A stretch of 64,000 bases of DNA from the human T2T-CHM13v2.0 reference genome, Homo sapiens (GCF_009914755.1 NC_060936.1), one strand, 5' to 3'; shown: positions 29,737 through 54,159, counted from the first letter of the stretch. Notes: generated from the sequence alone by a model not told the origin. Program-made: numbers and translations.

Positions 29737-32622
29737 TTATGATCTCCTTCTACATTTGCTGTTGTGGAAAGATGCTATTTGGTAAATTTCTTATCAGCTA
29801 GATTATAAATTCTGTGAGGGCAGAAACTATATGTGTTCTCCCCTGTATCCTTGGGCCTGGCACAGTAGCTAGAAAATGGTAGGCATTCAGTCTATTAATA
29901 GTTGTTGAATAACTAAATGGATAAATTCCACAGTACATTACGTGAAAAATCAAGTTAAAAAGCAGAATGTATTGTTAAGACCCCATTGTAAAATATTCTA
30001 TATATTTCTATGAATATGTGTGTAAGCATGCACATGCATGAATGTAGGAAAATGTCAGGATGGTAGAATCATAGATGATCTTAATCTTCTTTTAATTTGC
30101 TAAAACTTTATGCATTTTTTGCTATAAATGTGTGTTGCTTTTATAATTTAGTAAAAGATATCTAGAAGGAGAGGGAGAAGAGTAAAGGGTAAAGAATAAA
30201 GGATGGAAAACAACAAAGTAGTTGCCACTAGGAGACAGATTGTTTAATTCTAAAGGCAACTGGTAGGATTTCAAGTATCAATTCCAAAGGGCTCCTGTCA
30301 CCCTTTTGACCATTCCACACAGGTAAATGTCTACTCTACTTACCCTGGCTGCCTTCAAATGCAAAGAGCTGCCCCAGTTCTGCCTTCAGATGGGCGATGG
30401 GTTGAGGGATTCTGCAAGGCTGAGACAGCCCAAGATTGCCAGTCTCCCACAGTCTTAAAAATGTTCTATTCTCCCCAGCCCCTATCCTGGCCTCAGACAT
30501 GATGCCTTCACCCTGGAGCTTCACCATGTGCTCCACTGGCACATGATTTAGTGCCACTGTGTCAAGAACATGGAAGATGATACTAGTCCTGGAGTTCTCC
30601 TGGGATTTGGTCTGGATAGCTGAGCCCTGACCCCTTGCCCTTCCTCCATATTGCCCAGAGTCTCTTTCCTTCCCAGGCCTGCTCCAGGCTTCTTCTACAA
30701 TGTGCCTTTCTAAATAGGCCCCTTCCTTTAATTCTAGGTATCCTTAAGTCTTTCATTACCTTCCTTGGTAGCCCCCTCCACCATTCCTCCTCACAAGAGT
30801 TCAAAAGAGGTTCCTAGGCCCTCACTGTAAACTTTTCACTCTGTCCTACCTTGGAGTGTGACCTATCTCATCTTCCATTCAGGCTAAGGGGATGCGGGGC
30901 CCACTCTCCTTATTCATCTCTATTCATCCTTTCAATTGACCACCAAACTTTCACTCAGTTCCCCACCTGCTAGGCAGGGCCCTGAGATTAGTACCCAGGA
31001 CCCAGCTATCAACACACATGGAGCAGATGGATAAAGAGACTGAAGCAGATGTCTCTAAACCCTGCTGCTTCTGTCTTATGAGAAGTTGTGTTGACTCAAG
31101 ACAGTCAGCCTCTTCCCATTAAGTTAAGCAACACATGGAGCAGAGCTCCCAGGGTGTTTTCCTGTGGGGAGTTGGGGAGACAACCGATTATGTTTCTTGC
31201 AGCGTCTCTTAAAAGGCCAGTAAGAGCAGCAATTCAGAACTGCCTGCCCCTGCTCAAAGTACCCAGAGCTAAGCCAAGGGAAAGTGGAAAGGGCACTACC
31301 TCCGGCTTGTGAGCCATGAAAAGATGGGCAAGGATTTATTGATCATTCAGGTATAGGAACTTTAAAATGCCCTCTTCTCCAATTCTTGAGGCCAGGGCTA
31401 CTGTACTTTAGAGATTAGATGGGCTGAGCTAAGACTCAGAAATACGGAGACCAGGCCCTGGCACTCCCCTTGGACATCAGACAAATGTACAGATGCCCTC
31501 TTGTTATTCCATCCCTGACCTGTCTTATGGGCAGTAACACATGGTCTACAGTGACTTACAAACTAGTATTTTGCCATGATTAATGGCATGCAGAGGGCAT
31601 TGGTTGGGGGACAGGGTGGGGAAAAATCACAGATCCTAAATGTCATCTCCCTGAGGCCCCCAATTTTCCTGGTTTCTCTCAGTGACTGTCTCATTACCCC
31701 TGTGCCCCCTGGGTTTGGGTTTCAGCTTTCTGAGAATGGCTGGTAAACGCTGGTGTGAGGGCAGGCACACATCATCCCTGTTCCTAATTTTACATCCATC
31801 TGGAGTGAGTTTTACTAGTTTAACACTCCCACCCACTCTCTTACCTGATCAATGAGTTTGGAAGGAAGAGTTGAGTTTGCAGAGCAATGCCCCTCCATCT
31901 CTTAGGATCTGGCTGTCCACAGTAAGATTATATTCTGCTCTCTTGTTCTCTCCCTCGACTATGAGGGATCTGACCCCATAGGGAAGGCCACAGTGGCCCT
32001 AGGCTGCCCCTGCCCAGGTGGAAAATCTGGCCTAATCCTGAGGTCCTGTGATAGGAGAAACCCTTTCCATCCGAGGTAAAAAGACACATGCTCCAGTATC
32101 TGCTTTCTTGGTAATAAAGGCAATATTGACCCTCCATCTGCTCATTCATTTGTCTTATTTTTTAATTGGCTCAGAACCTATGCAAGGAAAAGATGTTATG
32201 TATTGACCCCTTCAGATTCCAAGAGCTGTGTTTGCAGAAAGAGGATTGCTTCTGTGTCTGGCTGGGATGGGGATGGAACAAAGGAACTGAAGTCCCAGTG
32301 GAATCTGTTTCCTTGATGAACTGCAGAACTCACTTCTTCCAAGACTGAATTGCAGAGGCCTGCTCAGAGGCTGGAGGAAGGATGGGATGACTTTCTTGGG
32401 AGTGGGGAAGGTCTCCCCTAAACAACATACTCCTGGGCAGACCTATCACGGGAACCTAACCAAATAGGTGGAGAAGCCAAGACTATTCAGTGGCCTTTAT
32501 ACCCACTTTTAAATTCCTGGAAGACCATCACCCCCACCTGATTTCTCATCACTTTTGGGTCGTGATCTATTCTGTGACTCCTGGAATAAAAGACCAACAC
32601 CAGAATGTGAAGTTCAGTGCAA

Positions 32623-32628
32623 TTTATT
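32623..32628 (-). terminator. KRT76: KRT76 polyadenylation signal AATAAA
   Basis: TTTATT on the + strand, about 540 bp past the stop codon. Confidence 0.75.
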
Positions 32629-33165
32629 GAGAAAAGAAAGTGCAACATACTCATCACCAGAGGATCTACAGCTCAGGGAATTAGGGGACAGAAGGGAGTC
32701 AGGATCTGAAGCCCAGATGTAGGGAGGGTTCCCTGGGAACCAGCAGTCTGGAGATCTTGGCCGTGCACCCTCCAGCACAGAACCCATGGCTCTGCCCTCC
32801 TCAGACAGTGCTGAGATGACTGGCTTCAAATCTCCAACTCCCAGTAAGAATGGGAGATGGGCCAGAGTGGGAACCGGCCAGGCTGTGAAGGCCAAAACTG
32901 GCTTGGGCTCAGGGGTTGCTGTCCAAAGTAAGGGGCCATTGCAGGAAGGTTTCCAGGGGCATCATCATCCCAGACCAGCAGCAGGACCTCCATGGCCCTG
33001 GGAAGGTCATGGGGATGGAGAAACCAGGAGTTCAGCTTCTTCTCCAGGGAACTTGAGGAAAAATGTGGTTGACCCTTATGCATCTATTGATGCCAAGCAG
33101 AGAGTGGGAAACACTATTGCAGGCTGAGTGGGAAGCAGGTGGTTATAGAGATTTGGAACAGTAGA

Positions 33166-41744
<8,579 letters not shown>

Positions 41745-41821
41745 AGTGAGAGAGCTTGGAGGCAAGCTAGTGATCACTTAGCAAGAGCTGAGAGGGATAG
41801 GGACAAGAGAGGAGACTGGCC

Positions 41822-41829
41822 TTTATATA
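41822..41829 (-). promoter_or_regulatory. KRT76: KRT76 TATA box
   Basis: TATATAAA on the minus strand about 80 bp upstream of the ATG. Confidence 0.8.
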
Positions 41830-44800
41830 ACAGGGAGTTTGGCTTGGCAAAAGGAGAGGCGAGCAATTAGTTGAGAATCATCTTGGGTTTGGTTTGCCTC
41901 GTAGGCATTAAGTTACTTCTTGGTTCCCAACACACCTCAAAGATAATCCTCTGGGCCAGAGTGGCTTTGCTTTCTTAGCTTAATCACCTAAACTTGCCTC
42001 AGTTGACAAAATGCTGGAGCTCTCCTCCCTCCCTTTTTGTGCTGTCCTCAAGGGTTTCAGGGAACCCAAGCAGCACCTGATCCAGCAGGAGGAAGCAGCT
42101 TTAGACACCAGGTGATCCGGAGCCATGAGCTCCCTGACACAGGGGGGTGAGGACCAGGCAACCTCTTCTGAGTGGGCTGGGTCCCTCCCTGCAGCACCAC
42201 AGTGTCCACAGGCTCCCACAGTGGCTGCGCCCGTCTCTGCCATCATTAGGCCTTTTCTTCCAGTGGCATGTCACCTGTTCCCAACTCTTCAGAGGGCCTG
42301 GAGTGGGAGCGGAAGTGAGAGGGGCCCAGACCCATAGAGTCTGCTCTGCCAGCACCTCAGCCAAAGGCATCCATCTCAGCAAACCTGGAGTTTGAGCTGA
42401 GAAATGCTACTTATGGGGAAGAAATTACAGTGGAGGTAAACACGTCTAGCTCCTGGAACAGGGAGCAAACAAGTATGAGGTTTGGGAAGAAGAGGGGGCA
42501 TGCACTGTGGAGAGCCTCAGACCAAGCCCTCCCCCCACCATCCTAGACTGACAGCAGGCAATTTCTGGACCCAGAAGCAAGAGGAGACAGAATCTGGTAA
42601 CCCTCCAGCTTGCTGGTAGAGTCGGCTCAAGCACCCCATTCATCTTAGGAGGACAGTGTATCTTGTGTCTAGGCCCCAACTCAGATCTTCTGGAGGGGAT
42701 CCCCTCCCTGCTTTACCCCCTGGTCTGGGTCAGATGCCCCTCCTTGTCTTCCCACCATACCCTGTACTTTTCCCATCGTGAACCTGACATAAAGTATACT
42801 TACCTGCTTACTTGTCCATACCCCTCCGGTCCCTGAGCTTCTTGAGGGCAAGGCTTGAGTCCTGCCCATTCTAAATTATCCTAAATGTCCAGCTCCTAGC
42901 ATAGGGTAAGCACAGCACAAACGTGTTAACTGACTGATGACTGATGTCTAAGAATGCAAATACCTAAAACCAGCTCCCACCCCAGCCCTATGAATGAAAA
43001 TCTTCAGAGGAAAGGGTTGAGAGTTTGCATTTTTAACAAGCCCTCCAGGTCATTCTTATAATGCGGAAAGTCTGGGAAACCCTGGTCTAGACCATGGCTA
43101 CTCCATATGGGCCAGGAATAGGAGGATGGAGGACCCCTGATGGCAGAACGAATGACACATGATGAGTTACTGCTGTCACTGCCAAGAGCTCAGCAGACCC
43201 CAAACCCCATCCAACCCACCTCCGCACCCAAACACACCACACAGGGCAAGACCAAATCCTCAGGTTGTCGTCTGCATAGGAGATTTCACACATATGACAG
43301 GAGCAGGTGGCACTGATTCTAGACTCCCTGAGAAATTGGTGGGGGGTCTATCTCCAGAATTCCAGCCAAACTGGCAGTGGGCGCTCTGTCTTTCTGAGTT
43401 TCTGGTTTCTGAACAGTCCAGTCTAGGGGAGAGAATTGGTCTGAGAACCTTGGAACCACCTTGAGTTGAGTGACTTCAAGAGCTTTGCAGCTAATTCTCA
43501 GCTCTCTGCTCTGCAGCTTATCTGGCGTCAGATCCCAGATCCACTATCCACCAACTTTTAGGCCTTGGACAAGTTACTTAACTTTTATGTGTCTGCTTTA
43601 TCAATTGTAAAATGGGGCTAAGAATGGCAAGTACTTTATGGGGTTGTTGTGAGCATTAAACAAGTTAAGTAAATATAAAATGCTTAGCCCAGTGCTTGAC
43701 ACATAGCAAGCACTATATGTTTAGCTACTTGCCAGTACTCTATTTGGGGGAATGGAGAAGCAATAACATGTTTGGCCCTGGCTGTTCTCAAGACAACTTT
43801 GCATCCCTAAGAAGCTCACCAAAGGTGAGGAAAGGAGGCTGAATAGGAGTGAAGAATTAGAAACCCAACTTGGGATAGAAAAGACTGAGACTTATACTGA
43901 CTAGGGTTGGGTTGGGTGACCTTGTGCCACGATTTAACGTAAGTCTGTGTTCTAATCTGCCAAACACTTTCCTACCTTACTGGTTTGTGGTGAGACTTGC
44001 AGGATAATGTAAGTGAAAGTCCTTTGAAAATCACAAAATTCCACACAGGAGTAAGATAGCTGTGGTATAACAGAAAACCTGTCATCATCATGGAATTCCA
44101 AAGACCTGGGTTCAAATCCTATGTCTACCTCTCACTATGTGGTGACCTTGGACAAGGTACTTGACTTCTCTCTCTCCTTATTTTTAAAAGGTGGCATTGA
44201 TCCTACTTGCAGGATTGTTTTGAAATTTAAATACATAGTATTCAGCAATATATGTTTGGATTTTTAAATTAACATCATTCATCCACAGATAATCCAGGAA
44301 GAGGATTTCATGTTGAGTTCTTCCATGAGACATTTATACTCCACCCATCAATTGAATGACAGCCCCTCCTGGTAAGGTCTTTCCTCATATCCTCTGGATC
44401 CTTTAAAAGCAGAAGATCACATGCTCTTCCTGGAAAGAAAGCTGAGCCAGGCTCAGCTGAAGCTCCAGGTGAGAGTCCGAAGCAAACAAGAACAGACATA
44501 AATGTCTCTGATTCCCTTCCCTCCCTTGGCTGCAGTACTGAGGTGGTGGGTGGCAGCCTCTGATGTGTGGCTCACCTCTGCCACCCTGGCCTAGGCTGGA
44601 GAAGCGTGGTGGAGAAAGGTGATGCACAGATCACAAAAGCGCGGGTTTGGGCTGGGTCGCCTAATCCATGTCGCATGAGCCTGCCAAAGCATCACCTTAT
44701 TTAGCAGATGGGGATTGTCTTCTCAGCAGTTGAATGGAGCTGCTGGAAATACCCAGAGTTGCTATCCTCACCAACATTGCCCTCATTCACTGTAGGATCT

Positions 44801-47074
44801 TTCAGAACAGTATCTAAAGGGTCTGCCTACTGCCAGCAATCTGAGTTCCAATCCCTCACTGCCAGAACATTCTGTGTAAAGCTTGCCAGATGGCTGAGCA
44901 CCCTGGATTTTTATTTCCCCACCTATAAAATTGGGGGCACTAAAACCAAGGAGTTATTCCCTCTAACCAAATTGCTCTCTGGTAGTCAACTGCAGTGAGA
45001 AGACTTCAGATTGCCTGTAACATAATTATGAGTGGAGGAATGCATCATGAGACAGTAGTCATTATCCTTGGCCAAAGTGAGCAGTCATCCCTCTCCACCA
45101 CCATCTGCTGAGGATGAGGGAGCCATGGCTGCTGCCTCTTTCTCCATGGAGGTTCGCAGATCCCATTTTCAAGATAATCACCAATTTGTTCTCAAAAATA
45201 AAAAAAGAATAATTAACGTTCTGGGTATGCTGCCCCTGGACTAGGAATTAGCATTCTTTTCTTGTTGAAATAAAAGCTTGTCACTAGTGAAGCAATTTTA
45301 ACCAATGAACAGTAAAAATAATTACCATATAGAGCAAGATTTATAGTGAAAGCTTGATAAAGAAGCAAACATCTAAGTACAACTAAGTCCTTATGTTACT
45401 AAGGTCTTAGCTGTTAGCAACCACAATTTGTTCTGATTCTGGTCTTATCTCTACACTTGATTAAAATACACACCAGCTCACCCCTCATTCTTTATCTGGT
45501 ACTTGGATCTCTCCCAGGGCTTATGCAGGGCAGAATTCTATCTCCCAAGATGGCCCTGATTAAAAGGTTCTGTGATTACATAAATTTGGGAAATGAAAAA
45601 TCTATAGCTCTTTCCTGGGATTTTAGTAAAGTTGTTTAGTATATTAAAAGCCCAAAGAAGTCCTATAGAAAATAATGTCTTTGCCTTAATTTAATCACAG
45701 CTTCCCAAATTTAACAACAAAATCTTTCTATCTTAACATCTACTAACATGCTGTCAAGTATACTCGGGAAACGCTAGTCCAACTAGCCATCCAGGATGGA
45801 TGAGAATGTGCAGATAGACCAGTGCAGATAGACCAATCAGAGGATTAGGGCATAAGGAGACATCCTCATTCCTGGAGAAAGAGCACTTGCTCCAAGTGAG
45901 CTCCTCATCCCTGGAGAGAAAGCACTTGCTCCAAGTGAGATAGCAGGAAACTGAGAGCAGACTAAGGCCTGGGGTTGAAGATGCAGCAAGAAGGGCACTG
46001 GGACGCCGAAAACTGAACAGGTTCTCTAAAGACAAGCTCTCCTGTCAATGAATATTTCTCACCAATAAATGGATTTGGCTGAATATTTCCAAAAACCGTG
46101 GATATTTCATGGGCATGCTGGATTTTCTGGAACTCAAATAACTTCATCTCCTCCTCTCTTCCCTTGCAGCTTGAAAGAGTGGAAAATATGGAAGCCTTGG
46201 AATTAGACGAGCCTGTGTTCATATCCCAGCCTTGCCACTTTCCAGTTGCATGGCATCAGGCAAGACATTTTACCCTCTGGACCTCAGTTTCCCATTCAGC
46301 AAATGGGAGTTAGCACAGCCTCCTCATAGAGTTGCAGTGGGGACTGTAGGAGGTAAAGTTGGAAAACCCTTACACAAAGCAGGTGCTCAACACTTGGCAG
46401 CCCTTGTGATGATGATGTCAATGTAGGAAGCCCTCCTAAAAGGTGTCAGTTTGGAAGCTGAAGAGGAAGGAGGAGTTCTAAGGGGTAGCCCAGTTTAGGG
46501 TCAAGGCAACAGTGAAGTCTTTGATTATTTTGCAACAAGTTGCAAAGAATCATACTGTCTGTATTGAGAATTACATAAAAGCCATTTTCCCATGTCTGGC
46601 CAAGCCATTTTCCCACTACAGGGCCTCGTCAGTAATGCAATCTATCAATCAGCAAATACTTATTGATCTACTACATACTTTTTAGAGGTGTGGGGACTAT
46701 GTTTCAGTGAAAACAATTTCCTCTTTCAAATCTTAACTCCTATTGCCCATCTGTGAATAGAATTTTAAAACAGCTAACATTGACTGCCTAACATATACAA
46801 GTCACTGACAGGTTGTTTACATGTGTCATTTCTAATTGTCACAAAAACTTTGTAAGGTAGGAATTTTCATTCACATTTTACAGATAAGGGCATGAGGTTA
46901 ATTAACTTGCCTCAAGTCAATTCACTTGCAAGCTTGGATTTTAATCAGACTGTCCAATCCCAAAGCCTGTCGTAAATTCGTGAATGCTTTTCTTCTGCAT
47001 AGACTTTCAGCAAGTCAAATTACACCATCCCAAAGTGAAAAGTCCACTTTGACATGTAAAGAACCCACCAATAT

Positions 47075-47761
<687 letters not shown>

Positions 47762-48901
47762 CCCCAACCTTAGAAGGTAATGGTCAGATCTGCCTTGAAG
47801 CATCAACTTGTGTTGATGAAAATAGTTTTAAACTTTGTGAATTCCATTGTGGCATCAAGGAGGAACACCCATCATTATCAAGGTATTCTCCCAATCAATC
47901 TCAATGGCTTCTCTGTCTGGAGATCAGAACTCCCCAGAGTTAAACGTGGGCCTGCTCACCATCACAGAGCCTTAGCTGTAGAAATCTCGTCTGCTAATGT
48001 AGGAACTTCAGGTTTGGTTTCTGGCTCAAAACTATGGAAAGTCGTTAGTCCACATACAAGGGAGGACATCCTAGAATCCAAGAAGACACCAGCCGGCCCC
48101 ATTCAGCAGCATAGCACAGTAGTTGCATGTGTACACTTTGGATTTGAGGCCAGATCTGCCACTTCCCATCAGTCATGTTACTCTGCTTCTCCAAGCCAGT
48201 GTCCTCATCTAGAAAATGAGGATAATTGCCGCCTGCCTCCTATGGCAGTTGCAAAGGATGAAATGAGATGACATATGCAAAATGCCCAGAATATGACTTG
48301 CACTAGTCACAAAAGTTAGTTGTTTAATCCAGTTGTTTTTGTTAAATATGTCAGGGCAGTAATTATCTTTAAGAGTCTACCCTACCCTTTTCAAAATCTC
48401 ATTAGCTTAGTGAAGCTCACAGTGCCTGCTATGTGCCAGGCATTTTGCTGGTCACTGAGGAGCACAAAGACGAATCAGGCAGAGCCATCCCTTCGAGTAA
48501 CTTCTATCTTAATGTGGAGAACAGGCACTGAAACTAGTCATTTTAATATAATACGGCACATGATAAAAAGGGATAGACAAAGTCCCATGGGAGTCCAGAC
48601 AGATGCTCAGTGCCATGGAGGGTCTAGGAAGGTTTTCAGAAGGCAGTGCCTGGGTAATCCTCAGTGATGAGTGAGGCAGGGCAAGTGGGTGAAGGCGGGA
48701 TGAGCATTCCTGACAGAGAACAGAGCATCAAAGGCACAGAGGCGTGAGAAAGCCAGGTTGATACCAGAACTGCAGGCACCTTGTAGGCCATTTGCACAGG
48801 TCTTGAAAGTCTCCACATAAGGCCACACTGTTTCCTTGGCTTTTTTCCTATGTCTTCATCCAGAATAAAAGGGCATTTCCGTTTTAAAATAAACAAACTT
48901 C

Positions 48902-49261
<360 letters not shown>

Positions 49262-49344
49262 CTATAACCCATATCACTGTAACTAAAGATCTTCTCCCAA
49301 GGAGAGAAATGAATGAGACGACCTCTTGTTTGGCACAGCTTTCT

Positions 49345-49545
49345 CTGCAGTGGCACTGTGGACATTTGAGGCTGGCTGTTTATATGTTGAAGGGGGCTGG
49401 CTTGTGTGATGTGGGATGTTTAGTAGCAACCTGGCTTCTACTCTCTAGATGCCAGTAGCACTCCCCGACTTGTGACAACCAAAAATGTCACTAGACATTG
49501 CTATATGTTCCCTGGGGAGCAAAATTGCCCCCACTGAGAGTCACA
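49345..49545. mobile_element. MER20/MER5-type hAT DNA transposon remnant
   Basis: GATGCCAGTAGCACTCCCC..TTGTGACAACCAAAAATGTC..AGACATTGC...GGGAGCAAAATTGCCCCC. Confidence 0.65.
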
Positions 49546-50412
49546 GCATTAGTTCCACCTAGAGTCACCTTCTCCTGCCACCGTCTTCTCCAGTGGTTGA
49601 CGGAGCTGTCACCATTCAGTCTCATCACCACAGATTCCAAAAGTATCAGATTCTCCCAGCACACCTCCATCAATGGTTCCCTAGGAGAGCCAAGTCACCT
49701 TCAGCCTTCAGCCTGGACTGGAAGTGTTGATGGGGATTAGCTCTATCTTAGGCACAACAGAGATGTGTGTTAGACAATGTGTATGCCAGAAGGGCTTGTG
49801 AAGGATGTAGTGAAGATTCAGATAAAATGTGTGAAGAAGCATTTTCAGAACTTAAGTGAGTTTTTCTCGGTCATCCCAAGATTATCTCAAGGTTCCCACA
49901 CTTTTTGTCTTTGTCTTTGTCTTTGCATAGAGGGAGAATGCACATGGGCTGAAGTGCTGAGAAGGCAGAGAGAAGAGGCAGTCCAAATCCCAGAAAGTGA
50001 GATCTCTGATGCTTGGCTAACAAACACTCCACCCAGTTCTAGGCAAAACAGAGAAGAGTCATGTAGAGATTTACCTGCAAATTACACAAAACGTTACATG
50101 CAAAACTTGATCATCAGCAGTCAAGTCTAGATTATCCACAGGCAAGCGCTGAACTACTTTCAAATTCTTGTGGAAAACAACCCTCTGATTTCCTTAACTG
50201 AGCCTTTCATAGGTGTGACACTGTTACCACTGATACTTGCTCTGACATGTAGCCTGTATTCTCACAAAGATATAGAAGGAAAACCTGAAATCTAAAAACA
50301 CAACTTGGTCTTCCTAATGGGAAGTGAACCAGTGAGTCCGCAAGCTCTTAGAACAGGAAAACACTCTTTTGAGCATTTCTTCTGGGGAAGACAGTGTGGG
50401 GGTGGTTGGAGG

Positions 50413-50423
50413 GGATAGATGAT

Positions 50424-50476
<53 letters not shown>
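50413..50476. repeat. (GATA)n tetranucleotide STR (about 13 perfect units)
   Basis: Directly visible. Confidence 0.97.
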
Positions 50477-50477
<1 letters not shown>

Positions 50478-50503
50478 GGCGTAGGGTAGAAGTTGGTTCC
50501 TCT

Positions 50504-50927
50504 ATGTCCAACAATGATAGACTGGATTAAGAAAATGTGGCACATATACACCATGGAATACTATGCAGCCATAAAAAATGATGAGTTCATGTCCTTTGTA
50601 GGGACATGGATGAAATTGGAAATCATCATTCTCAGTAAACTATAGCAAGAACAAAAAACCAAACACCGCATATTCTCACTCATAGGTGGGAATTGAACAA
50701 TGAGAACACATGGACACAGGAAGGGGAACATCACACTCTGGGGACTGTTGTGGGGTAGGGGAAGGAGGGAGGGATAGCATTAGGAGATATACCTAATGCC
50801 AGATGACGTGTTAGTGGGTGCAGCGCACCAGCATGGCACATGTATACATATGTAACTAACCTGCACATTGTGCACATGTACCCTAAAACTTAAAGTATAA
50901 TAATAATAAAGAAAGAAAGAAAGAAAA
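50504..50927 (+). mobile_element. 5'-truncated young L1 (L1PA2-like)
   Basis: ORF2 end plus 3' UTR (...TTAGTGGGTGCAGCGCACCAGCATGGC). TSD AGAAGTTGGTTCCTCT (50488-50503) / AGAAGTTGATTCCTCT (50928-50943). Confidence 0.93.
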
Positions 50928-51356
50928 AGAAGTTGATTCCTCTTTTTCATTGCAAGTGGATATACCTCTCCACACCCAGGAAAGAGAGATGTGGAAGAGA
51001 GAGCAAAGAAATTCTTGACCATTGGCCAAAGACCCCAAATCCCAGTTTAGGATCCAGGCTCACAAGTAGGCATTATTCAACAATCACTGTGAGCTCTTTG
51101 TGGGCAAAAGTATGCCTTAGAGGACAGGAAAAGCATGGACAACACAGGACTCACTATGTACTAGAAGAATGAAAAGTCTAGTCAAGTACAAGAAAGCAAA
51201 CTCAAGCCCAGTGACTTAAGAGCTCTTGAAAAGTCAACATAGAATTGTGCAAAAAAACTATGCAAATGCTAAGGCAAAGGAAAAGAAGGAGCACTGAGAA
51301 GCAGGTGAAGTTCCCTGCAAGGGGTTTTCAGCCTGGATTAGAAACAGTCAGGGCCT

Positions 51357-51650
51357 GGCAGGGCGCGGTGGCTCATGCCTGTAATCCCAGCACTTTGCGA
51401 GGCAGAGGCGGGCAGATCACCTGAGGTCAGGAGTTAGAAACCACCCTGGCCAGCATGGCAATCTCTACTAAAAATGCAAAAATTAGCTGGGCTTGGTGGC
51501 TTGCACCTATAATCTCAGCTACTCAGGAGGTTGAGGCACAAGAATCACTTGAGCCCAGGAGGGAGAAGTTGCAGTGAGCCAAGATAGTGCCACTGCACTA
51601 CAGCCTGAGTGACATAGGGAGACTCCATCTCAAAAAATAAAGAAAGAAAG
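51357..51650 (+). mobile_element. Alu (AluS-like)
   Basis: Full dimer; TSD AGAAACAGTCAG. Confidence 0.9.
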
Positions 51651-54153
51651 AAACAGTCAGTGCTGGGCTGAGAATATCCAGCCAAGCATGGAGTTAACTC
51701 CTTGGGTCCTAGGTCCTGGCACCAAGGTAACCTGCCCTGGCCATTCCTCTGGAACAATGACATCTCCAAGAAATAGCCTCTCCACCCCACTCCTCCTGTA
51801 CCAGGCTGTCCTTTAAGAAGCTGCATGGAGCCCCATCCCACCACCTCACCACTAGTTGTTACTTAGGTAGCAGGGGTTCCTGTAAACCCCACAGGAGAAA
51901 CAAGTGCCAGCGAGCACAGGTCCAGGGAGGAACAGCAAAGGACAGAGGTCACAGTCTGAACATGAGACTTGAAACCAGTGTGCATAGTACCCAGGAAGGC
52001 CAGGCCTGCTCTGGGCTTTCCTTGGAGCCAATTTAGAACCCCCATGACTGCTTGGGTGGGGGCACTCTGAAGAACGTGGCCTAGGCTCCACCATCTGGTT
52101 GATTGCACTCCTGTCCCTGACTCTACATTCAAGTCTGCTTTGGTTCTCAGCATGGGCCCTCTTCTCCACCCTCTCTCTGGAAAAACTCATTAGTTTCCAT
52201 GGCTTTAAAATCCACCCTTAAGCTGATGATGTCCAGATGCGAGTGTCTAGCCCTGACGGGGCCCCCTTCTGAATCTACAGGCTCACATCTCTCCTGGATG
52301 TCTCATGTGGCTATCTCGTGAGCAGCTCCTGCTTTTCTAAAGCACAGCTGAAGTTTCTCTCCACACCCATCTCGCCCTCCCACCCCTCCACTCACCTCAG
52401 TAAATGGCACCACCAACCACCCAAGTGGTCATACTGGGAAACTGGGCATCCTGGTTGAATCTCCCCTTTCCCTTAACCTCCCCACCTCCATCCAGTCCAT
52501 TAACCAGTCCTGGCATCCATCCAACTCAGCCTCTAGTTTCATTTCTTTATATACTTCCCACAGCTTAAAATTATTGTGTTCATTTGGTTTGCTTACTTTT
52601 TTTGTTGACTCCCTTACTAAAATGAGGGTGGGGTCAACATCTGATTTCTTGCTCACCAATTCGTCTCCAGAATTTAGCCCAGTTCCAGACAGAAAATAAA
52701 CACTTAATGAATACTGGTTGAATGAGTGAAAGAAGGAATTCATTGATAAAGACTTTGCCCAGGGTGAAGCAGCTGCCCCATGACCGGCCTGGCACAGTCC
52801 CATAGGGCGAGCCCCCTAAACTGGGTTGGGCACTGAGCCTCCCCACCTGTGTCTCCTACTCCTTTCCACAGAAGGATACCAACCAGAAAAGGTACCTTCC
52901 TACCCAAATGTGAAGCAACAGCTCCTAAATCCCACCTCCTTCAAAAAGTGGATCCAGTAGCTGGATTTCCAGGCTGAATCTCTTCAACCCCCAGTTGCAG
53001 GTTTTCTTTATCTAACTGCTTTTCCTCATCTCTAAAATAAATTCAGCCTTGTCCAAGGATGGAAATACTGCTTCCCTGGCCTGGCCTGGCCTGACTACAC
53101 ATTTCTATTCCACAGCCTGTGTGTTCTCTCCGGGTGCCCCGGCAGTGTGACATGCCTGGAAGGCATCCTCGAAGACAGTGTGGGGAAGTGGAGGGAGCTC
53201 CGGACTTGGGATGCAGGGCTTCATTCCTAGCTCAGGCATTCACATGCTATAAGACCCTGGAGGAGTCACCCCTCCTCTCTGAGCCTCAATCTTTTCATTT
53301 GGAAGCAAAGGCCTTGGACTCCTTGCTTCTGAGTCCTTTCCAGCAGTCACCTTCTGGACAGCACTCCCATGGCCAACTAACACATTATCAGAGCTTCTTG
53401 GTGCAGGGCAGAAGCCAGGATGACAAGAACTCTCATGGCTGGTGCACCTATTTTCAGGCCCCAAGTGCATGCACAGTGCTAGGTGCAGGAATGGGGGCCT
53501 CTGCAGGAAATGTTGGATTCAAGGAAGCTAACAGGTTTTCCTTGCTACTGAACTTCTTAGAAACTCTAATATGTGCTCCAAAAAGAAAAGATGTAATGGG
53601 CGTGGAGTCTTTTATTGCAGAGTGTCTCAATGGAATGGTGTTCCTGGGTCAGACTTTGACATAGGCTGCTCTGGGGCCTATTTCCATCCCTGGGCTTCCA
53701 GCAGCCCGCACTTTCCCGGAGCACCTTGATGGGGGAAAAGCTTTCACGATGTCAGCTGGAGTGAGAATCAACACCAAGGGAAGAAACCCTCTGTCCCCAA
53801 GGCCCTCTTAGTTCCCCCACATGAGAGAAGACAGGGAGGAGACAGATGTCTGCATGGGCCAGCCTTCACCACTAAGGACGGTAAGGGTACACAGGGTACA
53901 ACAGCGTCGGGGAGCAGGACCTCTCCCTCCCCACGGTGCTCACAGAATAATGAACAACCGGATCCGCACCATGGACTGAGAAGACGAACTGCCTTTGTTT
54001 CAGAGGAAGAGTTCTCCAGCTGCTCTGTGGATCACAGAGCCCACATGGGAGAGGCAGAGGCAGGGAGGCCAGGGAGGTGACCAGGGAGCTCAGTGCCCTA
54101 AGGAGAAGGACATGGAGCGAATACTCAGAGGCCCGGAGTGAAACACAGTGCAC

Positions 54154-54159
54154 TTTATT
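54154..54159 (-). terminator. KRT3: KRT3 polyadenylation signal AATAAA
   Basis: TTTATT on the + strand, about 340 bp past the stop codon. Confidence 0.75.

Noticed and set aside
43301-43316. CTCF-like motif GGAGCAGGTGGCACTG (also CCAGCAGATGG near 63425)
   Set aside because: Partial matches only, at a frequency expected by chance; cannot be supported without ChIP data.
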